This document shows positions 55,901 through 64,000 of a DNA stretch of 64,000 nt, piece after piece. Under the pieces are notes generated by a model that worked only from the letters and a program-made list of their open reading frames with translations, did no database searches and was not told where the DNA came from. Numbering within the stretch: the first letter of the stretch is position 1; each line of letters begins with the position of its first letter. Both the position numbers and the translations under genes were made by a program. This DNA is from Balanoglossus misakiensis (taxonomy: Eukaryota > Animalia > Hemichordata): NCBI GenBank assembly GCA_040954595.2, contig CM082583.2:12624987-12688986 (forward strand). The letters run 5' to 3'.

Positions 55901-57951
55901 GGCATTGATGTCTGCTGTGTTGATATGATTGCAGAAAGCGCTATATATCCCGACATCGTGACTCTAGCGACGAGGACAATTTCAAAACGGTCGCCCTCGG
56001 CATGGAGGCATACGACACCGACTCTGATCTCTCGCTCATCCGTGGACGGACAGCGTCGGAAGCCAATAAGAAATCAGAGAAAGGAAAATCGCTCAGTACT
56101 AAACATCAGAGCCAACGACTCAGAGCGAACGGCTTTGAGGAGATTGTCGCCAACACCCAACAGCAAGGAGCTACGGTCATAACGACAGAAGCAGTCATTG
56201 AAGCAGCACCCAAGGCATCGCTTGTCGCTGATTACAGAGATAGTCATACTGCTAGTGGTAGCAGCAGCAGCAGTAGCAGCAGAAGTTCGTTGACCTCTGT
56301 CACCCGCAGCGATCATAGCAGTAGAGCTGAAACACAAGAGATGGGAACGTCAACTCTCTACAGTACCATTGAGTGAGTTTGCAATTAATTAACCCTCTCA
56401 CCACCATGGTTTGGTCCACATCCATTGTTTTCTAGGGTAAAGTTGGGCCTATATAGAGGGAACTGGGGATAAATAGCTTTATATAAGTTAAAAAATGGTG
56501 ATAGTCTTCATGAATTTTCTGACTGATGTCTTGAAACTCAAGTTTTAAAGCCTAATCATTTCATACCATAATTACTCCACAGTAAAACTTCCAAACAAGA
56601 CACCACCCTGGAGGGAGACAAACAAGAAACAAGCGGTCACAAACCACAACCTCGCAGGAGACACAGACATCGCAGTAGCGTAGAATCTTCCAGTAGCAGT
56701 GATTCAAGCTGTGACACTGCAACCAGTGAGTCTGAGACCGACGACGATTCGCGTGATGGTAAGTAGCAGCTAGTTACGTCACATGGGAGACATTGACAAG
56801 CCAATGACTGGTGTGAATTGGGTTGTGCTTTTAATAATGAACTGGCAAGTTGTAATGTACATAGGACTTACATCCCCCTCAAAAATCTCTTTCAGATGAA
56901 AAGGAACGTACACAAAATTTGTATGAAACTCTTGAAGGACACCAGAATTATTTGACCTCGTCCATACCAGTGAGAGACGCCCCACCCCCACCACCACCAC
57001 CTGCAAACAAATCTGAATCATCTGACTCAACAGATTCTGAGGAACCACCAGAATTGCCCAAGAGACAGTACAGCATGAAACCAATTGATCCGTTAGAAGG
57101 ACCTAACCTGTCACAGTTGCCCCGGGCAGAGAGGTAAGCATGTTCTCAACTGTTTCACTCTATACATCCATATACACATCTTGATAGGGTTTTCTCAGCA
57201 ACACGAGAAGACATCTTTATTTTTAAGTTTCTTCATGTGTCCACATGCATGGATAATTTAATTTCCAGTTTTTGGAAGAGCTATCTGATCAGGGAACACA
57301 GTGAATCAATACATTTACCTTGGCATTGTCATTTTAAGCAACAAGAAACCAAATATTTGCCATGTCCAAGGCAGATGACCGCAAGCAACTTATTGTAGAA
57401 TACACCCATATTTTACCCAGTGAAGTGTTTGTTATTGAAACTGTCATAGTTACTTGTACTCACTGTGTCAAACACAGTGAAGTTAAGGGAATTCAGTGTA
57501 GGATTTACAAAAGATTATCCTGCCAAATCTCTTAAACTGGATTAAATGAGAATTGCTTGATACATTTGGAATCTCAATGACAATGTGGTTACTTATCATG
57601 TCTGACAGTTTCTGTGTATTATTTATGGAAGTAGCTCTAAGTTTTACCCCCCTCAAACTAATTATATTGCATGTTAAAGATTAATCACTTCAAAACAAGT
57701 CTTTGCAACCATTGTGACTACCTCACAGGGTTGTAAATCTTCATAAAACTCGACAGTAAAGTTGTTATGTTTATGCCCATAACCATAGTAACCAACACCA
57801 TATGTTTTGTTCTGTCCACAGAGAGAGGGCGCTATACGAGATTGGCCGACAGCAGACAGAGCAGGAGGAGAGTGCCAAACAGTTGACGTCTACAGATGAT
57901 GGTGAGCGCAAGCCTGAGAAAACAAAGTCAAGGACATGTGTAATAATGTGA
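52976..57951 (+). CDS. TTC24-like TPR-repeat protein with a Ser-rich disordered tail and C-terminal CaaX (CVIM), 9 coding exons
   Basis: TPR motifs [57 protein letters not shown] and [10 protein letters not shown] resemble TTC24. Last exon 57822-57951 ends [10 protein letters not shown]. Confidence 0.82.
56389..56481 (+). mobile_element. Best-preserved copy of the roughly 90-bp TTAACCC repeat (piggyBac-like MITE)
   Basis: Starts ttaaccct; homologous copies at 42070, 44766 and about 16560. Confidence 0.65.
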
Positions 57952-59574
57952 TGATGTCATCATTATGCAGTGATGTCATTACTAAGTGGTGTCATACAGT
58001 GATGCATCATGATGACAACATCATCATCATCTGAATGCAAAACCATCATAGAATCTTGTGCATTCAGACGTACATTCTAGGGGAAAATTCTTGCCAATTT
58101 TGAACTCAAAATTCATAGACTATCTCAGAAATGTCTTAGTTATGGCTATCTTTACATTATATGCTAAAAAAGATACTTTACAGCAAATTAAATTGTAAAA
58201 ATTGTTTTGAAGAAAATATCTTACATGTACATCATTGTTTATTTTTTGGGGTGGGGGGGGGGGGGGGGGTAGAAGAAATCCCATGTATTAAAACACTGAA
58301 ATCAAGAGTATTTTGGAAAATGTAAAATTTAGTGTTATAAAATAACACTTTTGTATAATACATTAATTAAATTAATAAATATCACAACATTCAATACGGA
58401 GCTGTGATGGAGATTTAGGTTAGATGTTTGGCCATGATGCCAAAACTTGTACATGTATTGTATCATAGTCTATGATTGTATACACACTTAATAAAAAGAA
58501 ACTTCTTGGCTCAGAATCATCTTTTTTAAACTTATACACAGAGACCATACCTTGTAAAACTGAAAGTATTGTAACATGGGATATACCTATACTTGCATTT
58601 CAACACAGACATTTTATTGTTAAAAAGTAATTAAGTCCCAGCATTGTGATTCTTACAGAAGCATTGGGAAATTTTACTGACCAATGTAGTTTGAGGAGTT
58701 TTTTTGAAGAGGTCTGATATCACCTTAACACTGAAAGCATCGTCTTCCAATTCATATTATTCTGAACCCATTCACAATGTTTCAAGGCAACACCATCTTG
58801 ACCAGTCAAGCTGTACTGTGCAGCTTATAAGATTTCATGTTAAGTTTTGTCAAATATTTCATTCTTTCAGATACAGATAATATGGGTGTGTCTTATTACA
58901 TTGGTGCAGTTTTCTTATTGGTGTATTTTTCTTATTTTTACCCTTTAAAACGTTGTATAAAAAGAGGAATTGTTCATTTTGAATTCTTTCACATAACAGT
59001 TGTTCACTTCTTCCATTTCTCTGAAATATGTATTTATCTTTAATAGTCTGCAGTTTCTGGTAAAAACATGATTTCTTCCAACTATCTTTTCAATGTCAAA
59101 GAGCTGTATTGTCTGACTATCATTGAAGGACCTGACTTGTGAATGCTATCCATATTCATTTTGAACCCATGGAAAAATGTTATTTGTTTTTAATTTTGAG
59201 TGTCTATAAAAGTTGAATAAGACCTTCATCATTTTTGTATATATTGTCATATAAAATGCTTTTAATGAGACATTTGTTTTCTGCTTTCAGAAAAAAAATA
59301 TTTGTGCCAACATCCTCAGTTGTTTATTGATACTGCATTTTCGGGCAGGCAGATTTTGTAAAATTATTAAAGAAACTTATAATAAAAGATGAATGATGAA
59401 AACCTGTATTGCTTTTTGTTGATTTCTTCATAGAATATTAGAAGCGGTCGTCACGCCTCGTTTGTTAGTTTGTTTGTTTATAAACATTACAATTCATCTA
59501 CAAATCCCTGAAATTATATAATTCTTAGAAGGAATGAAGCAGCTCACCGTATCTTAGACCAGGCATGACAGAAA

Positions 59575-62500
59575 CTTAGAAAATTCGCAAAGTCGAAAAA
59601 TCCTCGATTTTTGAAGATTTTCATGAGCTATAACCCATGGATTTTGTCAAGAAATGAAGAAATTTTGAAAATTCGCAAAGTCGAAAAATCGTCGATTTTT
59701 GAAGATTTTCATGAGCTATAACCCATGGTTTTTGTCAAGAAATGAAGAAATTTTGAAAATTCGCAAAGACGATTTTTGAAGATTTTCATGAGCTATAACC
59801 CATTGTTTTTTCGAAAAAATGAAGAAATTTTGAAAATTCGCAAAGTCGTCGATTTTTGAAGATTTTCATGAGCTATAACCCATGGTTTTTTCAAAAAATG
59901 ACCAAATTTTGAAAATTCGCAAAGTCGAAAAATCCTCGATTTTTGAACATTTTCCTGAGCTATAACCCATGGTTTTTTCAAAAAATGACCAAATTTTGAA
60001 AATTCGCAAAGTCGAAAAATCCTCGATTTTTGAACATTTTCCTGAGCTATAACCCATGGTTTTTTCAAAAAATGACCAAATTTTGAAAATTCGCAAAGTC
60101 GAAAAATCCTCGATTTTTGAACATTTTCCTGAGCTATAACCCATGGTTTTTTCAAAAAATGACCAAATTTTGAAAATTCGCAAAGTCGAAAAAATCCTCG
60201 ATTTTTGAACATTTTCCTGAGCTATAACCCATGGTTTTTTAAAAAAAATGACCAAATTTTGAAAATTCGCAAAGTCGAAAAATCCTCGATTTTTGAACAT
60301 TTTCCTGAGCTATAACCCATGGTTTTTTCAAAAAATGACCAAATTTTGAAAATTCGCAAAGTCGAAAAATCCTCGATTTTTGAACATTTTCCTGAGCTAT
60401 AACCCATGGTTTTTTCAAAAAATGACCAAATTTTGAAAATTCGCAAAGTCGAAAAATCCTCGATTTTTGAACATTTTCCTGAGCTATAACCCATGGTTTT
60501 TTCAAAAAATGACCAAATTTTGAAAATTCGCAAAGTCGAAAAATCCTCGATTTTTGAACATTTTCCTGAGCTATAACCCATGGTTTTTTCAAAAAATGAC
60601 CAAATTTTGAAAATTCGCAAAGTCGAAAAATCCTCGATTTTTGAACATTTTCCTGAGCTATAACCCATGGTTTTTTCAAAAAATGACCAAATTTTGAAAA
60701 TTCGCAAAGTCGAAAAATCCTCGATTTTTGAACATTTTCCTGAGCTATAACCCATGGTTTTTTCAAAAAATGACCAAATTTTGAAAATTCGCAAAGTCGA
60801 AAAATCCTCGATTTTTGAACATTTTCCTGAGCTATAACCCATGGTTTTTTCAAAAAATGACCAAATTTTGAAAATTCGCAAAGTCGACAAATCCTCGATT
60901 TTTGAACATTTTCCTGAGCTATAACCCATGGTTTTTTCAAAAAATGACCAAATTTTGAAAATTCGCAAAGTCGACAAATCCTCGATTTTTGAACATTTTC
61001 CTGAGCTATAACCCATGGTTTTTTCAAAAAATGACCAAATTTTGAAAATTCGCAAAGTCGACAAATCCTCGATTTTTGAACATTTTCCTGAGCTATAACC
61101 CATGGTTTTTTCAAAAAATGACCAAATTTTGAAAATTCGCAAAGTCGAAAAATCCTCGATTTTTGAACATTTTCCTGAGCTATAACCCATGGTTTTTTCA
61201 AAAAATGACCAAATTTTGAAAATTCGCAAAGTCGAAAAATCCTCGATTTTTGAACATTTTCCTGAGCTATAACCATGGTTTTTTCAAAAAATGACCAAAT
61301 TTTGAAAATTCGCAAAGTCGAAAAATCCTCGATTTTTGAACATTTTCCTGAGCTATAACCCATGGTTTTTTCAAAAAATGACCAAATTTTGAAAATTCGC
61401 AAAGTCGAAAAATCCTCGATTTTTGAACATTTTCCTGAGCTATAACCCATGGTTTTTTCAAAAAAAGACCAAATTTTGAAAATTCGCAAAGTCGAAAAAT
61501 CCTCGATTTTTGAACATTTTCCTGAGCTATAACCCTGGTTTTTTCAAAAATGACCAAATTTTGAAAATTCGCAAAGTCGAAAAATCCTCGATTTTTGAAC
61601 ATTTTCCTGAGCTATAACCCATGGTTTTTTCAAAAAATGACCAAATTTTGAAAATTCGCAAAGTCGAAAAATCCTCGATTTTTGAACATTTTCCTGAGCT
61701 ATAACGCATGGTTTTTTCAAAAAATGACCAAATTTTGAAAATTCGCAAAGTCGAAAAATCCTCGATTTTTGAACATTTTCCTGAGCTATAACCCATGGTT
61801 TTTTCAAAAAATGACCAAATTTTGAAAATTCGCAAAGTCGACAAATCCTCGATTTTTGAACATTTTCCTGAGCTATAACCCATGGTTTTTTCAAAAAATG
61901 ACCAAATTTTGAAAATTCGCAAAGTCGACAAATCCTCGATTTTTGAACATTTTCCTGAGCTATAACCCATGGTTTTTTCAAAAAATGACCAAATTTTGAA
62001 AATTCGCAAAGTCGACAAATCCTCGATTTTTGAACATTTTCCTGAGCTATAACCCATGGTTTTTTCAAAAAATGACCAAATTTTGAAAATTCGCAAAGTC
62101 GACAAATCCTCGATTTTTGAACATTTTCCTGAGCTATAACCCATGGTTTTTTCAAAAAAATGACCAAATTTTGAAAATTCGCAAAGTCGACAAATCCTCG
62201 ATTTTTGAACATTTTCCTGAGCTATAACCCATGGTTTTTTCAAAAAATGACCAAATTTTGAAAATTCGCAAAGTCGAAAATCCTCGATTTTTGAACATTT
62301 TCCTGAGCTATAACCCATGGTTTTTTCAAAAAATGACCAAATTTTGAAAATTCGCAAAGTCGACAAATCCTCTGACATTTTTCTGACTTAACCATGGTTT
62401 TTTTCAAAAAATGACCAAATTTTTGAAATCAAAGTCGAAAATCCTCGATTTTTGAACATTTTCCTGAGCTATAACCCATGGTTTTTTCAAAAAATGACCA

Positions 62501-64000
62501 AATTTTGAAAATTCGCAAAGTCGAAAAATCCTCGATTTTTGAACATTTTCCTGAGCTATAAACCATGGTTTTTTCAAAAAATGACCAAATTTTGAAAATT
62601 CGCAAAGTCGAAAAATCCTCGATTTTTGAACATTTTCCTGAGCTATAACCCATGGTTTTTCAAAAAAATGACCAAATTTTGAAAATTCGCAAAGTCGAAA
62701 AATCCTCGATTTTTGAACATTTTCCTGAGCTATAACCCATGGTTTTTTCAAAAAATGACCAAATTTTGAAAATTCGCAAAGTCGAAAAATCCTCGATTTT
62801 TGAACATTTTCCTGAGCTATAACCCATGGTTTTTTCAAAAAAATGACCAAATTTTGAAAATTCGCAAAGTCGAAAAATCCTCGATTTTTGAACATTTTCC
62901 TGAGCTATAACCCATGGTTTTTTCAAAAAATGACCAAATTTTGAAAATTCGCAAAGTCGAAAAATCCTCGATTTTTGAACATTTTCCTGAGCTATAACCC
63001 ATGGTTTTTTCAAAAAATGACCAAATTTTGAAAATTCGCAAAGTCGAAAAATCCTCGATTTTTGAACATTTTCCTGAGCTATAACCCATGGTTTTTTCAA
63101 AAAATGACCAAATTTTGAAAATTCGCAAAGTCGACAAATCCTCGATTTTTGAACATTTTCCTGAGCTATAACCCATGGTTTTTTCAAAAAATGACCAAAT
63201 TTTGAAAATTCGCAAAGTCGAAAAATCCTCGATTTTTGAACATTTTCCTGAGCTATAACCCATGGTTTTTCAAAAAATGACCAAATTTTGAAAATTCGCA
63301 AAGTCGAAAAATCCTCGATTTTTGAACATTTTCCTGAGCTATAACCCATGGTTTTTTCAAAAAATGACCAAATTTTGAAAATTCGCAAAGTCGAAAAATC
63401 CTCGATTTTTGAACATTTTCCTGAGCTATAACCCATGGTTTTTTCAAAAAATGACCAAATTTTGAAAATTCGCAAAGTCGAAAAATCCTCGATTTTTGAA
63501 CATTTTCCTGAGCTATAACCCATGGTTTTTCAAAAAATGACCAAATTTTGAAAATTCGCAAAGTCGAAAATCCTCGATTTTTGAACATTTTCCTGAGCTA
63601 TAACCCATGGTTTTTTCAAAAAATGACCAAATTTTGAAAATTCGCAAAGTCGACAAATCCTCGATTTTTGAACATTTTCCTGAGCTATAACCCATGGTTT
63701 TTTCAAAAAATGACCAAATTTTGAAAATTCGCAAAGTCGACAAAATCCTCGATTTTTGAACATTTTCCTGAGCTATAACCCATGGTTTTTTCAAAAAATG
63801 ACCAAATTTTGAAAATTCGCAAAGTCGACAAATCCTCGATTTTTGAACATTTTCCTGAGCTATAACCCATGGTTTTTTCAAAAAATGACCAAATTTTGAA
63901 AATTCGCAAAGTCGACAAATCCTCGATTTTTGAACATTTTCCTGAGCTATAACCCATGGTTTTTTCAAAAAATGACCAAATTTTGAAAATTCGCAAAGTC
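59575..64000. repeat. 87-bp tandem satellite, about 50 copies, running off the window
   Basis: Unit catggttttttcaaaaaatgaccaaattttgaaaattcgcaaagtcgaaaaatcctcgatttttgaacattttcctgagctataacc. Period 87 (59881 to 59968); divergent and truncated units at the left edge. Confidence 0.99.

Noticed and set aside
59793-63996. Long minus-strand ORFs of 29-aa repeats; CRISPR-like or telomeric appearance
   Set aside because: Artefact of an 87-bp (3x29) unit with frequent frameshifts. There are no unique spacers, and one TAACCC per unit is not a telomeric array.

Overview
Gene-dense, intron-containing, AT-rich animal DNA, probably a marine invertebrate deuterostome (inferred from gene content and intron style, not certain). 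I traced seven multi-exon protein genes by hand through GT-AG junctions. On the minus strand: an uncharacterised TPR + 2-transmembrane protein ending in a KKxx motif, GKAP1, and ANKRA2/RFXANK. ANKRA2/RFXANK is head-to-head with NOL6/Utp22 (+, 23 exons). An insulin/IGF receptor follows (+, about 21 exons, 10.9-kb first intron, 3-kb 3' region), tail-to-tail with SSR2/TRAP-beta (-), which is head-to-head with a TTC24-like TPR protein ending in CVIM. From about 59.6 kb to the window end is an 87-bp satellite. Small non-autonomous DNA transposons and microsatellites are present. The most unusual unexplained signal is in NOL6: three consecutive introns are enlarged, and the largest holds about 1.8 kb (16688-18516) of near-continuous hairpins with sense-strand G.U pairs. 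That block has box C-like/box D ends, an H/ACA-like module and a possible pseudoknot, making it a candidate large intron-encoded structured RNA. All folding was done by eye and needs computational and expression tests.
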